Positions 1-21,773 of a DNA stretch of 64,000 nucleotides are shown here, piece after piece. Made by a program: the position numbers and the translations under genes. Each line of letters starts with the position of its first letter. Position 1 is the stretch's first letter. This stretch comes from an uncultured delta proteobacterium (GTDB taxonomy: Bacteria; Desulfobacterota; Binatia; DP-6). The notes below the pieces were generated by a model. That model was not told the DNA's origin. It saw nothing but the letters and a program-made list of their open reading frames with translations, and searched no databases. The stretch lies in assembly GCA_963815115.1 (NCBI GenBank), contig CAWFFN010000008.1, positions 320,001-384,000 on the forward strand, given 5' to 3'.

Positions 1-213
1 GACGTAGAGCGCGTCCACGTCCACGCGCTGCCCGTGCTCGGCGTTGGCGACGGCCGACTTGAGCGTCTTCGCGACCACGCGAGCGGCGCGCTTCGGGGTG
101 TACTCGAGGATGCCCAGGGCAGCCTCGACCGATTGGCCGCGGATGAGGTCCACCACCAGGCGGGTCTTCTGCGCCGTCATCCGCGAGAATCGGCTGGTCG
201 CGCGTGCTTCCAT
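1..213 (-). CDS. rplV: 50S ribosomal protein L22 (5' part, runs off window)
   Basis: Manual translation from CAT at 211-213: MEARATSRFSRMTAQKTRLVVDLIRGQSVEAALGILEYTPKRAARVVAKTLKSAVANAE; follows rpsS. Confidence 0.95.
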   Translation of the reverse strand, partial: MEARATSRFSRMTAQKTRLVVDLIRGQSVEAALGILEYTPKRAARVVAKTLKSAVANAEHGQRVDVDALYV

Positions 214-215
214 CG

Positions 216-539
216 CTACTTCCGCGGCGCCGCTCCGGGCGCTGCCGGCGCGGGCGCGGCGCTCTCGACCTTGCCCTTGCGATCGCCGGAGTGCCCATGG
301 AACGTGCGCGTCGGCGAGAACTCGCCCAGCTTGTGCCCGACGGCGTTCTCCGTGACGAACACGGGGATGAATTTCCGCCCGTTGTGCACGGCGAAGGTGA
401 ACCCGACCATCTCCGGGGTCACCGTCGATCGGCGCGACCAGGTCTTCACGACCCGCTTCTCGCCGGACTCGAGCATCGCCCGCACCCGCTTCACGAGGTG
501 GAGATCGACGAAAGGACCTTTCTTTACCGAGCGTGCCAC
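216..539 (-). CDS. rpsS: 30S ribosomal protein S19
   Basis: [12 protein letters not shown]...TWSRRS...[13 protein letters not shown]. Confidence 0.98.
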   Translation of the reverse strand: MARSVKKGPFVDLHLVKRVRAMLESGEKRVVKTWSRRSTVTPEMVGFTFAVHNGRKFIPVFVTENAVGHKLGEFSPTRTFHGHSGDRKGKVESAAPAPAAPGAAPRK

Positions 540-573
540 GCTGAGCGACTCCTTGTCGTTCCGGAAGCGTTCT

Positions 574-1398
574 CTACTTGTTCTTGCGGCGCTGGAGGAT
601 GAACTTGTCCGTGCGCTTGTTGTGCCGCGTCTTGTAGCCCTTGGTGGGCTTGCCCCAGGGCGTCTGCGGATGATTGCCCTTCGAGCGCCCCTCGCCGCCG
701 CCGTGCGGATGGTCGACCGGATTCATCGCGATCCCGCGCACGTGTGACCGCCGCCCGAGCCAGCGCACCCGGCCGGCCTTGCCGTGCGACAGGTTCTCGT
801 GCTCGAGGTTGCCGACCTGCCCGACCGTGGCCCGGCAGGCCAGGCGCACGCGGCGCAGCTCGCTCGACGGGAGCTTGAGCAACGCGTAGTCACCTTCCTT
901 CGCCATGAGCTGGATGGCGGCGCCGGCGCTCCGCCCGAGCTGCGCGCCGCGGCCCGGTCGCATCTCCACGGCGTGGACCGTCGTGCCCAGCGGGATGCTG
1001 GCGAGCGGCAGGCTGTTGCCCGGCTTGATGTCGGCCTGGGGACCGGTCTCGACCGTGGCGCCGACCGCGAGTCCGACCGCCGCCAGGATGTAGCCCCTGG
1101 CCCCGTCCGCATATTTGAGCAGCGCGATGCGCGCGGAGCGGTTCGGATCGTACTCGATGGCCTCGACCACGGCGCGCACGCCGATCTTGTCACGCCGGAA
1201 GTCGATGACCCGGTAAAGGCGCTTGTGCCCGCCACCCCGGTGCCGCGCGGTCATCCGGCCGCGGTTGTTGCGGCCGCCGGACTTGTGCAGGGGCTCCGTG
1301 AGGGACGGCTCGGGACGCGTCTTGGTGATCTCGCTGAAATCGAAGCCGGTGCGGAAGCGACGCCCGGGAGACGTGGGACGGAACTGAATGATCGGCAC
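574..1398 (-). CDS. rplB: 50S ribosomal protein L2
   Basis: [32 protein letters not shown] motifs. Confidence 0.99.
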   Translation of the reverse strand: MPIIQFRPTSPGRRFRTGFDFSEITKTRPEPSLTEPLHKSGGRNNRGRMTARHRGGGHKRLYRVIDFRRDKIGVRAVVEAIEYDPNRSARIALLKYADGARGYILAAVGLAVGATVETGPQADIKPGNSLPLASIPLGTTVHAVEMRPGRGAQLGRSAGAAIQLMAKEGDYALLKLPSSELRRVRLACRATVGQVGNLEHENLSHGKAGRVRWLGRRSHVRGIAMNPVDHPHGGGEGRSKGNHPQTPWGKPTKGYKTRHNKRTDKFILQRRKNK

Positions 1399-1401
1399 GA
1401 C

Positions 1402-1689
1402 CTAGGCTCCCTCGAAGAAGTCGATGCGGCTGCCCTCGGCGAGCGTGACGTAGGCCTTCTTCCAGTCCGGGCGCCTGCCCATGTGGCGGCCCACCCGACG
1501 GATCTTGCCGAGCTGGCGGAAGGTACGGACCTTGGTCACCTTCACCTTGAAGAGCACCTCGATCGCCTGGCGGATCTCGACCTTGTTGGCGCGCGGGTTG
1601 ACGCGGAAGACGACCTGGTTGCCCAGCTCGTTCACCAGCGTGCCCTTCTCCGTGACCACCGGGCCGAGGACGACGTCGGTGGCGTTCAT
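1402..1689 (-). CDS. rplW: 50S ribosomal protein L23
   Basis: C-terminal part of ORF 1402..2151: MNATDVVLGPVVTEKG...ANKVEIRQAIE...WKKAYVTL. Confidence 0.96.
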   Translation of the reverse strand: MNATDVVLGPVVTEKGTLVNELGNQVVFRVNPRANKVEIRQAIEVLFKVKVTKVRTFRQLGKIRRVGRHMGRRPDWKKAYVTLAEGSRIDFFEGA

Positions 1690-2369
1690 GTCTCGTCTAC
1701 CGCCTTGGCTCCCGCCCTGGCGCCCAGGCGCAGCACGACGCGCTCCATGGCCGCGCGGGTCAGGACCAGGTTGGCGTGTCGGAGCACGTCGTACACGTTG
1801 AGGCCGTCGGCGATCAGCACCTTGACGCGCGGAAGGTTGCGCGCCGCGCGCTGCACCGCTTCGTCGCGCGCGCCCAGTACCACGAGCACGCTGCCGTCGA
1901 GGCCGAGACCCTGCAGGCACTCCAGCATGCGCTTCGTCTTGGCCTCCGGCAGGGAGAGCTCGTCGATCACCACGAGCTTGCCCTCGGCGTGGCGTGCCGC
2001 CAGCGCGGCGCGCAGCGCCGCGTGCCGGGCGGAGCGCGGCAGGCGGTAGCCGTAGTCCCGTGGCTGCGGCGGGAAGATGACCGCGCCGCCGCGCCAGAGC
2101 GGCGAGCGCGTGCTCCCCGCCCGCGCCCGGCCGGTGCCCTTCTGCCGCCACGGCTTCTTGCCGCCGCCTCTGACGAAGTGCCGCGTCTTGGCCGCCGCGG
2201 TGCCAGCCCGGCGGGAGGCGAGCTGGCTCTTCACCATCTCGTACAGGAGGTGCTCGCGCACCGGCCCCGCGACCACCGCCGCCGGCACCACCAGATCGCC
2301 CGCCGGGGTCCGCGTCTGCGACACCACCGGGAGCGTCACCGTGGCCTCTTCGTTCCCCTGCGGCGTCAC
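1686..2369 (-). CDS. rplD: 50S ribosomal protein L4
   Basis: GGGKKPWRQKGTGRARAGS motif; start codon uncertain by a few codons. Confidence 0.97.
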   Translation of the reverse strand: MTPQGNEEATVTLPVVSQTRTPAGDLVVPAAVVAGPVREHLLYEMVKSQLASRRAGTAAAKTRHFVRGGGKKPWRQKGTGRARAGSTRSPLWRGGAVIFPPQPRDYGYRLPRSARHAALRAALAARHAEGKLVVIDELSLPEAKTKRMLECLQGLGLDGSVLVVLGARDEAVQRAARNLPRVKVLIADGLNVYDVLRHANLVLTRAAMERVVLRLGARAGAKAVDET

Positions 2370-3025
2370 TGGGGCCTCGCCTCCGCTGCTCTCGTCAGCA
2401 CGACGGTGCCGTTGCGCGCGCCCGGGACGGCGCCGCGCACCAGGATCAGGTGCTCCTCGGGGCGCAGCGCCACCACCACCAGGTTGCGTGTGGTGACGCG
2501 CTCGGCGCCCAGGCGACCCGCCATGCGCTTTCCCTTGAACACGCGTCCCGGGTAGGAGCGGTTGCCGATCGAGCCGCCGTGCCGGAAGTACTCGTGCGTC
2601 CCGTGGCTCGCCGGGAAGCCGCTGAACTTGTGACGCTTGATCACGCCCGCAGTCCCCCGGCCCTTGCTGACGCCACTCACGTGCACCAGCTGGCCCGGCT
2701 CGAACACGTCCGACACGCCGATCTCGGTGCCGACCGCCGGCGCACCGTCATCGCCGTCGGCGAGCCGGAACTCGCGCAGCACCCGGAAGGCGCCAGTTCC
2801 CGCCTTCTGGAACTGACCACGCCGCGCCTTCGGGAGGCGTTCGGCCTTGAGCGGCCCGAAGCCGATCTGGGCGGCGGAGTACCCGTCGCGCTCGGCTCGC
2901 CGGGTGCCGACGACGGTGCACGGTCCCGCCTGGATGACGGTCACCGGCACGAGGACGCCGTCCTCGTTGTAGACCTGGGTCATCCCCAGCTTGCGCCCGA
3001 TGAGGCCCGTGAGCATCGTCGCCAT
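2366..3025 (-). CDS. rplC: 50S ribosomal protein L3
   Basis: [33 protein letters not shown]. Confidence 0.98.
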   Translation of the reverse strand: MATMLTGLIGRKLGMTQVYNEDGVLVPVTVIQAGPCTVVGTRRAERDGYSAAQIGFGPLKAERLPKARRGQFQKAGTGAFRVLREFRLADGDDGAPAVGTEIGVSDVFEPGQLVHVSGVSKGRGTAGVIKRHKFSGFPASHGTHEYFRHGGSIGNRSYPGRVFKGKRMAGRLGAERVTTRNLVVVALRPEEHLILVRGAVPGARNGTVVLTRAAEARPQ

Positions 3026-3028
3026 GGC

Positions 3029-3337
<309 letters not shown>

Positions 3338-3347
3338 CCGCGGGCAA

Positions 3348-4538
<1,191 letters not shown>

Positions 4539-4573
4539 GGGAATCCTTCCTCCGTCGCCGTCGTTCGCCCGGA

Positions 4574-6679
<2,106 letters not shown>

Positions 6680-6698
6680 GTCGTGGCACGCGTCTGCA

Positions 6699-7169
6699 CT
6701 ACCAGCGGTAGTGAGCGAAGGCCTTGTTGGCCTCCGCCATGCGATGCGTGTCCTCCTTCTTCTTGATGGTGCCGCCCCGGCCGTTGGCGGCATCGAGTAG
6801 CTCGCCAGCGAGCTTGGCGACCATCGACTTCTCCGGCCGCGCCCGCGCGTTCTGCACCAGCCAGCGCATCGCGAGCGAGGTCCGGCGCTGCGGCCTCACC
6901 TCGACGGGGACCTGGTAGGTGGCACCGCCGACGCGACGGGGACGGACCTCGACGATCGGCTTCGCCTGGTCGAGGGCGCGCTTGAAGACCGCGAGCGCGT
7001 CCTCCTTCGCCCGCTCTCCGACCAGCTCGAGGGCGCCGTACAGGATGCCCTCGACGAGGCTGCGCTTCCCGCCGTGCATCAGCATGCACATGAACTTCGT
7101 GACCATCCGGTCCCCGTACTTGGGATCGGGAAGGACGTCCTTTCGCTTGACTTCACCTTTGCGAGGCAT
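6699..7169 (-). CDS. rpsG: 30S ribosomal protein S7
   Basis: [26 protein letters not shown]. Confidence 0.99.
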   Translation of the reverse strand: MPRKGEVKRKDVLPDPKYGDRMVTKFMCMLMHGGKRSLVEGILYGALELVGERAKEDALAVFKRALDQAKPIVEVRPRRVGGATYQVPVEVRPQRRTSLAMRWLVQNARARPEKSMVAKLAGELLDAANGRGGTIKKKEDTHRMAEANKAFAHYRW

Positions 7170-7247
7170 GCGCGTGCACCATTGGCTCTCGGGCGGGCGG
7201 CACGCCGGGGAACCGCCCCACGCCGCGCGCCCGGAGCTCGCCGGAGT

Positions 7248-7619
7248 TCACTTCGGTCTCTTGGCTCCGTATTTCGAGCGGCCCTGGCGCCGATCCTGGA
7301 CACCGATCGAGTCCAGCGTGCCGCGGATGATGTGGTAGCGCACACCCGGAAGGTCCTTCACGCGACCGCCACGGATGAGCACCACCGAGTGCTCCTGGAG
7401 GTTGTGCCCGACACCGGGGATGTAGGCCGTGACCTCGATGCCGTTGGTGAGCCGGACACGCGCCACCTTGCGCAGCGCCGAGTTCGGCTTCTTGGGCGTG
7501 GTGGTGTAGACGCGCGTGCACACGCCCCGCTTCTGCGGCGAGCGTTGCAGCGCGGGGGCCTTGCCCTTGGCGCTCTGCTTGGCGCGTCCTCGCTTGATGA
7601 GCTGGTTGATGGTCGGCAT
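7248..7619 (-). CDS. rpsL: 30S ribosomal protein S12
   Basis: [24 protein letters not shown]. Confidence 0.99.
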   Translation of the reverse strand: MPTINQLIKRGRAKQSAKGKAPALQRSPQKRGVCTRVYTTTPKKPNSALRKVARVRLTNGIEVTAYIPGVGHNLQEHSVVLIRGGRVKDLPGVRYHIIRGTLDSIGVQDRRQGRSKYGAKRPK

Positions 7620-7664
7620 CGGGCGCGATCCGGCTACTCGTACTTCAGAAGAACGGAACTGGCC

Positions 7665-7693
7665 CTTTTAGGGAGCCCCACCGTTCCTGTCAA
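7665..7693 (-). promoter_or_regulatory. Putative sigma70 promoter for rpsL-rpsG-fusA-tuf
   Basis: Minus strand TTGACA-N17-TAAAAG in the rpoC-rpsL gap. Confidence 0.65.
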
Positions 7694-7704
7694 CCACGGA
7701 GCAC

Positions 7705-11856
<4,152 letters not shown>

Positions 11857-11887
11857 CGAGACCAATCCTCCCGTGAGGACGACGGCG

Positions 11888-16024
<4,137 letters not shown>

Positions 16025-16081
16025 CGCCGTTCCTGTCTCCCGTCTCCCGTGAGATCGCGATGCTGGCCAGCAGATGCTGCA

Positions 16082-16468
16082 CTACTTGAGCTCCACCGTA
16101 CCGCCCGCTTCCTCGAGCTTCTTCTTCATGGCCTCCGCTTCGGCCTTGGGGATGGCCTCCTTCACCGGCTTCGGCGCGCCGTCGACGAGGTCCTTGGCCT
16201 CCTTGAGCCCGAGCCCCGTGAGCTCGCGCACCACCTTGATGACCTGGATCTTCTTGTCGCCGGAGCCCGTGAGGACCACCGTGAAGTCCTCCTGCTCGGC
16301 CGCCGCCGGCGCCGCGCCGCCTGCCGCCGCGCCACCGACGGCCGCGACCGCCACGGGAGCCGCCGCCGAGACGCCCAGCTCGCCCTCGAGCTCCTTCACG
16401 AGCGTGGCGGCGTCCATCAGGCTCATGCTCTTCAAGAAATCCTTCACCTGCTCGCGGGTCACTTCCAT
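16082..16468 (-). CDS. rplL: 50S ribosomal protein L7/L12
   Basis: MEVTREQV...[25 protein letters not shown]. Confidence 0.98.
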   Translation of the reverse strand: MEVTREQVKDFLKSMSLMDAATLVKELEGELGVSAAAPVAVAAVGGAAAGGAAPAAAEQEDFTVVLTGSGDKKIQVIKVVRELTGLGLKEAKDLVDGAPKPVKEAIPKAEAEAMKKKLEEAGGTVELK

Positions 16469-16505
16469 CGTCGTACGTTCTCCTACGCGCTTCGCGAAGC
16501 GCTCG

Positions 16506-17045
16506 TCAGGGTTGAGGCGAGGCAGCGCCGCTCTCGGCGCGCTTCGCGAGGGCATCGATCATGCGCACCAACCGTGCGCTCGGCTCGTTGAGCGTTCTGA
16601 GCAACTGCGTCGCCGGGGCCTGCAGGACGCCGAGGAGCTGGGCGAGCACCACCTCACGCGACGGCAGGGTGGCGAGCGCCTTCACCTCCGCGGGCGGCAG
16701 GACCTGGCCATCGAGGAGGGCGCCGCGGATCTGGAGCTTCGGCAGCTCCTCGGCCAGCTTGACCGCCACCTTCGCCATCGACACCGGGTCGTGGAAGCCG
16801 ACCAGCAGCGCCAGCGGCCCGCGCAGCAGCGGCGTCACTTTCTCGTTCGCCGACCCGGCGACGGCACGCTTCGCAAGCCGGTTCTTGGCCACGCGACATT
16901 GGCCATCGGCTTCCCGCACCGTCTTGCGGAGGCGGTTCATCTGGCCGGCCGTGAGGCCGCGGTATTCCGCCAGCACCGTCAGGGTCGCACGGGAGAACTC
17001 GTCCCGGAGCGTTCCGACGCTTTCGACCTTCGCTGCGCGCTTCAT
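16506..17045 (-). CDS. rplJ: 50S ribosomal protein L10
   Basis: EYRGLT...LRK...[18 protein letters not shown]; position between rplA and rplL. Confidence 0.97.
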   Translation of the reverse strand: MKRAAKVESVGTLRDEFSRATLTVLAEYRGLTAGQMNRLRKTVREADGQCRVAKNRLAKRAVAGSANEKVTPLLRGPLALLVGFHDPVSMAKVAVKLAEELPKLQIRGALLDGQVLPPAEVKALATLPSREVVLAQLLGVLQAPATQLLRTLNEPSARLVRMIDALAKRAESGAASPQP

Positions 17046-17055
17046 CCGATTCCTC

Positions 17056-17769
17056 TCAGGCGGCCGCGCCCGCCCGTGCGGCGAGCGGGTCGACCCGTAC
17101 CGAAGGCCCCATCGTCGTGGCGAGCGCGATGCTCTGCACGTACTGCCCCTTGGCCGCTGCCGGCTTCGCTCGCACCAGGCTCGAGAGGAGCGCCTGGACG
17201 TTGTCGAGGAGCTGCGGGGCGCCGAAGCTCCGCTTGCCCACGGAGACGTGCACGATGCCCGCCTTGTCGACCCGGAACTCGACCTTTCCGGCCTTCACCT
17301 CGCGCACCGCCTTGCCCACGTCGAAGGTGACCGTGCCCACCTTGGGGTTGGGCATGAGCCCGCGGGGGCCGAGCACCTTCCCGAGCCGGCCGACCTGCCC
17401 CATCATGTCGGGCGTCGCGACCGCGGTGTCGAACTCGAGCCACTGCTCGTCCTGGATCTTCTTCACCAGGTCCTCGGCGCCGACATGATCCGCGCCCGCC
17501 TCCTGCGCCTCGCGGGCCTTGTCGCCCTTTGCGAAGACGAGCACGCGCACGGTCTTGCCGGTGCCGTGCGGCAGGACGACGGTCCCGCGGACGTTCTGAT
17601 CAGCCTGGCGCGGATCGACGCCCAGGCGGACCGCCACCTCGACCGACTCGTCGAACTTGGCCTGGCCACCCGCCTCGAGGAGGGCGCGGATGGCGTCGTC
17701 CAGGGGGTGACGGCGGGCGCGATCGATCGTCGCGGCGGCCGTGCGATATCGTTTGCCGTGCTTCGCCAT
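17056..17769 (-). CDS. rplA: 50S ribosomal protein L1
   Basis: [31 protein letters not shown]. Confidence 0.99.
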   Translation of the reverse strand: MAKHGKRYRTAAATIDRARRHPLDDAIRALLEAGGQAKFDESVEVAVRLGVDPRQADQNVRGTVVLPHGTGKTVRVLVFAKGDKAREAQEAGADHVGAEDLVKKIQDEQWLEFDTAVATPDMMGQVGRLGKVLGPRGLMPNPKVGTVTFDVGKAVREVKAGKVEFRVDKAGIVHVSVGKRSFGAPQLLDNVQALLSSLVRAKPAAAKGQYVQSIALATTMGPSVRVDPLAARAGAAA

Positions 17770-17774
17770 TGAAC

Positions 17775-18196
17775 TCACACCACCTCGATGCCGAGGCTCC
17801 GCGCGGTGCCCTCGACGGTACGCGTGGCGGCCGTCAGGTCAGACGCCGTGAGATCGGGCATCTTCAGGCGCGCGATCTCCTCGACCTGCGCGCGCGTGAC
17901 CGAGCCCACCTTCGTCTTGCCGGGCTCCTTCGATCCCTTGTCCAGGCCGGCCGCCCGCTTGAGCAGCACCGACGCGGGGGGCGTCTTGGTGACGAAGGTG
18001 AACGACCGATCGGCATAAACGGTGATGACGACCGGGATGATCAGCCCCCCTGTGCCTGGGTCTGCGCATTGAAGGCCTTGCAGAACTCCATGATGTTGAC
18101 GCCGCGCTGGCCCAGCGCCGGGCCGACGGGTGGGCTCGGAGTCGCCTGCCCGGCGGGAATCTGCAGCTTGACTTCCGCGACAACCTTCTTCGCCAT
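17775..18196 (-). CDS. rplK: 50S ribosomal protein L11, split by a 1-nt deletion in a G run (18045-18050), probably an assembly error
   Basis: [46 protein letters not shown] then frame change to [25 protein letters not shown]; span is 422 nt, one short of 141 codons. Confidence 0.95.
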
Positions 18197-18203
18197 GCTC
18201 GCC

Positions 18204-18755
18204 CTACGCCTTCTCGACCTGCACGAAGTCCAGCTCGACGGGCGTGGCGCGGCCGAAGATGCTGATCAGCACGCGCAGCTTGCCCTTGTCCGGCTTCACC
18301 TCTTCGACGACGCCGTTGAAGTCCTGGAACGGTCCGTCGATCACCTTGACCTGCTCGCCCTGCTCGAAGAGCACCTTGGGCTTCGGCTTGACCGCCCCTT
18401 CTTCCATCTGGTGCGTGATCTCGCGCACCTCGGCCTCCGAGATGGGCGGGATCGAATCGGGTTCGGTGGCCCCACCGACGAACCCCGTGACCTTGGGGGT
18501 CGACTTGACGATGTGCCAGGTCTCGTCGTTCAGCTTCATGTTGACGAGGATGTAGCCAGGGAAGAACTTCCGCGACGACGTCTTCTTCTTGCCCTTGACC
18601 AGCTCGACGACCTTCTCGGAGGGAACGAGGATCTCGCCGAACAGGTCGGGGTTGCCGAGACCGCGGATGCGCTCCTCGAGCGATGCTTTCACCTTGTGCT
18701 CGTAGCCGGAGTAGGTATGCACGACGTACCACTGGCGATCGGCCGCCAGCGTCAT
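18204..18755 (-). CDS. nusG: Transcription termination/antitermination factor NusG
   Basis: [22 protein letters not shown] motif, [10 protein letters not shown]. Confidence 0.99.
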   Translation of the reverse strand: MTLAADRQWYVVHTYSGYEHKVKASLEERIRGLGNPDLFGEILVPSEKVVELVKGKKKTSSRKFFPGYILVNMKLNDETWHIVKSTPKVTGFVGGATEPDSIPPISEAEVREITHQMEEGAVKPKPKVLFEQGEQVKVIDGPFQDFNGVVEEVKPDKGKLRVLISIFGRATPVELDFVQVEKA

Positions 18756-18967
18756 CAGCTGAGTACCCGCTGAATGAGCGTCTGGAGGAGGAAATCGACC
18801 ACGCCGAGGTAGATCGCCACCACCGCGACGCCGATGATGACGGCGATCGTCGCGGCGCGCGTCTCCTCGCGCGTCGGCCAGTGTACCTTCTTGACCTCAG
18901 CCCAGCACTCCGCGAGGAATTCTCGGGAGCGCTCGATGGGTCGCGTGAGCGTCTCGCGTGTTGGCAT
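18755..18967 (-). CDS. secE: Preprotein translocase subunit SecE
   Basis: EVKKVHWPTREE plus one TM helix, upstream of nusG. Confidence 0.95.
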   Translation of the reverse strand: MPTRETLTRPIERSREFLAECWAEVKKVHWPTREETRAATIAVIIGVAVVAIYLGVVDFLLQTLIQRVLS

Positions 18968-18980
18968 TGGGATATCGGGA

Positions 18981-19054
18981 CGGGTCAGGCAGGATTCGAA
19001 CCTGCAACCCCCGGATTTGGAGTCCGGTGCTCTAGCCGTTAGAGCTACTGACCC
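18981..19054 (-). tRNA. tRNA-Trp(CCA)
   Basis: Acceptor stem GGGTCAG/CTGACCC, anticodon arm CCGGA-CT-CCA-AA-TCCGG, GTTCGAATC T-loop; CCA end not encoded. Confidence 0.95.
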
Positions 19055-19075
19055 CTGGACGCCGGGGCGCCACGG

Positions 19076-19228
19076 TCAGACCTTGCCCTCCTTGTGCACC
19101 GTGTGACTGCGGCAGAACGGACAGAACTTGCGGAAGGCGAGCTTGTCCGTGGTCTTCTTCTTGTTCTTCGTCGTGCTGTAGTTCTTGCGTTTGCAACCGT
19201 CGCACACCAGCGAGATGAGGTCGCGCAT
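19076..19228 (-). CDS. rpmG: 50S ribosomal protein L33, Zn-ribbon (C+) form; below the ORF-track size cutoff
   Basis: Manual translation [50 protein letters not shown]. Confidence 0.96.
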   Translation of the reverse strand: MRDLISLVCDGCKRKNYSTTKNKKKTTDKLAFRKFCPFCRSHTVHKEGKV

Positions 19229-19260
19229 CGTGTGAGCCTTTCAGGTTTGGCGGCCCGGCG

Positions 19261-19333
19261 AGCCCACGACCGGATTCGAACCGGTGACCTCTTCCTTACC
19301 AAGGAAGTGCTCTGCCGACTGAGCTACGTGGGC
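19261..19333 (-). tRNA. tRNA-Thr(GGT)
   Basis: GCCCACGTAGCTCAG...TTCCTTGGTAAGGAA...GTTCGAATCC...CGTGGGCT. Confidence 0.95.
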
Positions 19334-19346
19334 GCACGACACAACG

Positions 19347-19419
19347 AGCGGGAGACGGGAGTCGAACCCGCGACCCCGAGCTTGGAAGGCTCGTGCTCTG
19401 CCAACTGAGCTACTCCCGC
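19347..19419 (-). tRNA. tRNA-Gly(TCC)
   Basis: GCGGGAGTAGCTCAG...GAGCCTTCCAAGCTC...GTTCGACTCC...CTCCCGCT. Confidence 0.95.
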
Positions 19420-19439
19420 GGCGTCGATTGAGCGCAGCA

Positions 19440-19522
<83 letters not shown>

Positions 19523-19548
19523 GTGGGCGGTGCCGACGAATGGACGCG

Positions 19549-19624
19549 TGGAGCCGATGGTCGGAGTCGAACCGACGACCTGCTGATTACAAGTCAGCTG
19601 CTCTACCTCCTGAGCTACATCGGC
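19549..19624 (-). tRNA. tRNA-Thr(TGT)
   Basis: GCCGATGTAGCTCAG...CTGACTTGTAATCAG...CATCGGCTCCA (CCA encoded). Confidence 0.95.
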
Positions 19625-19758
19625 AGGCCGCACCGTGCTCCGCGGTGCGCCGTCTTCGCCATCAAAGAAAGTGATCTCTGGAATCCTAGCCGTGACCGTT
19701 CGGCAGGCACAGCGCCACCAGCCGTTGCTGGACGGCAGGCCTCCGAGCGAAGCAAGAA

Positions 19759-19787
19759 GTGATAACACTAGGGTTATGGGGTGTCAA
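19759..19787 (-). promoter_or_regulatory. Putative sigma70 promoter of the tRNA-rpmG-secE-nusG-rplKAJL-rpoBC transcript
   Basis: Minus strand TTGACA-N17-TATCAC with TG just upstream of the -10. Confidence 0.7.
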
Positions 19788-19809
19788 CAAAACGGGGCCG
19801 GGGGGGCAA

Positions 19810-20550
19810 CTAAGGGAGGGGACCAAGACGCCGACGGAGTTCGAAGAGGGCCACCCCAGCCGCCACCGAGACGTTCAGGGACTCGACGCCGGCAGCCATG
19901 GGGATGGCCACGTCCAGATCGCAGGTGCGCCGCACCAGCGCCCGCAACCCCTGCCCCTCGCTGCCCACCACCAGGGCGATCCGCCCCGGGGCATCGAGGT
20001 CGAACAGGCTTCTCGTGCTGGACGGCAGCAGCCCCACCAGCCAGAATCCGAATGCCTTGAGGCTGTTCATGGCACGGACCAGGTTGGGCACCCGGACGAT
20101 CGGGAGGCCGAAGAGGGTCCCCGCCGAAGCCACCACCACCACGGAGGTCACCCCCACGCTGCGGTCCTGCGGCAGGATCACCGCCCCCACCCCGGCGGCA
20201 CGGGCCGTGCGGAGCAATGCGCCCAGGTTGCGCGGGTCCTGGATGCCGTCGAGCACCAGCGCGAGCCGCGACTGGCTTCCGGCGACCGCGTCGAGGCTCG
20301 CGTACCGGAAGGGTGCCGCGACGGCGACCGCGCCCTGGTGTCCCGGGCGTCCAGCGATCCGATCCAGGGTGGATCGGTCGGCCTGCACCGGAACTACTCC
20401 GCGCCGGCGCCCCTCGGCGAGGAGCTCGCCCCGCCGCGGCCCGTCGCCGATCAGGAGACGTTGCACGGCGGCGCCGCTGCGCAGGAGCTCGAGGACGCCA
20501 TGGGCGCCCGACACCACCAGCGGACCGTCGGTTGTTCGCCCCTGTCTCAT
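19810..20550 (-). CDS. rlmB: 23S rRNA (Gm2251) 2'-O-methyltransferase, SpoU/TrmH family
   Basis: HQGAVA, LDGIQDPRNLGALLRTA, GSEGQG, ESLNVSVAAG. Confidence 0.88.
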   Translation of the reverse strand: MRQGRTTDGPLVVSGAHGVLELLRSGAAVQRLLIGDGPRRGELLAEGRRRGVVPVQADRSTLDRIAGRPGHQGAVAVAAPFRYASLDAVAGSQSRLALVLDGIQDPRNLGALLRTARAAGVGAVILPQDRSVGVTSVVVVASAGTLFGLPIVRVPNLVRAMNSLKAFGFWLVGLLPSSTRSLFDLDAPGRIALVVGSEGQGLRALVRRTCDLDVAIPMAAGVESLNVSVAAGVALFELRRRLGPLP

Positions 20551-20582
20551 TGGCTAGAAGCGACTCTGCTCCCGCCTCCCCG

Positions 20583-21773
20583 ATGGGGAAGATCCTCCAC
20601 CGCTATATATTCCGTGAAGTCGTCACCCCGTTCCTGCTCGGGCTCGGCATCTTCACCTTCGTCCTCCTGATCGCCCGGCTGCTCAAGCTGATCGAGCTGG
20701 TCGTCAATCGTGGCCTCCCCGCCACCCAGATTCTCGAGCTCCTGGGCTACCTCATGCCGGCCTTCCTCGAGGTGACGGTGCCCATGGCGATGCTGCTGGC
20801 GATCCTCATCGCCTTCGGTCGGCTGTCGGCCGACGCGGAGATGGTCGCCATGCGCAGCTCGGGGCTGAGCATCTATCAGCTGGCGCCGCCCGTCGCCCTG
20901 TTCGTGCTCCTCACCGCGACGCTGACGGCCTCGCTGTCGATGTACGCGCGCCCGTGGGGCAACCGCAACCTCGAGCATCAGCTGTGGGACATCGCGCGGA
21001 CGCGGGCGAGCGCGGGACTCAAGCCGCAGGTGTTCAACGACGAGTTCCCGGGCATGGTGATCTACGCCGAGCACATCGAGAGCAAGGACGACCGCCTCAT
21101 CCACGTCATGATCTCCGACGAGCGCGACCCAAACCAGCGCAACACCGTGTTCGCCAGCGAGGGTCTGATGATCTCCGACAATCAGGCCCAGACCGTCACC
21201 CTGCGCCTCCTGAACGGCACGGTCTACACCAGCGGCGACGACGCCAAGGGTGACTACCATACCGATTTCGAGACCTACGACGTCAACCTCGACCTGCGCG
21301 AGACCATGGCGGGGATGCGCAGCAAGGAAGACGAGCCCAAGGACATGACCTTGCCGGAGCTGCGCGAGGCCATCGCGCGCAAGGAAGCGGCCGGGAAGCC
21401 GTACGCCGGCGAGCTGGTCGAATTCCATCGCAAGTTCGCGATTCCGTTCGCCTGCGTCGTGTTCGGGCTGGTCGGGGTGCCGCTCGGCATCGGGCAGGCC
21501 CGGGCGGTGAAATCACGCGGCTTCGCGGTGAGCCTGGTGGTGATCTTCGTCTACTACATCCTGCTCTCCACCGGGCAGGGTCTCGCAGAGCAGGGCAGCA
21601 TCCCGGCGTGGTTCGGGCTCTGGCTCCCGAACTTCGTCTTCGGCATCCTCGGCGTCGTCCTCATGCGACGCGCGGGACAGGAGCGCGCGCTTTTCGGCAC
21701 CTGGCTCGGTGACCTCGCTGGCCAGCTACGGGAGCTCCTCAGCGTGCGCCGGGGCGCAGGGGTCTCCCCGTGA
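20583..21773 (+). CDS. lptF: LPS export ABC transporter permease LptF
   Basis: MGKILHRYIFRE, GRLSADAEMVAMRSSGLS, 6-TM YjgP/YjgQ layout. Confidence 0.9.
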   Translation: MGKILHRYIFREVVTPFLLGLGIFTFVLLIARLLKLIELVVNRGLPATQILELLGYLMPAFLEVTVPMAMLLAILIAFGRLSADAEMVAMRSSGLSIYQLAPPVALFVLLTATLTASLSMYARPWGNRNLEHQLWDIARTRASAGLKPQVFNDEFPGMVIYAEHIESKDDRLIHVMISDERDPNQRNTVFASEGLMISDNQAQTVTLRLLNGTVYTSGDDAKGDYHTDFETYDVNLDLRETMAGMRSKEDEPKDMTLPELREAIARKEAAGKPYAGELVEFHRKFAIPFACVVFGLVGVPLGIGQARAVKSRGFAVSLVVIFVYYILLSTGQGLAEQGSIPAWFGLWLPNFVFGILGVVLMRRAGQERALFGTWLGDLAGQLRELLSVRRGAGVSP

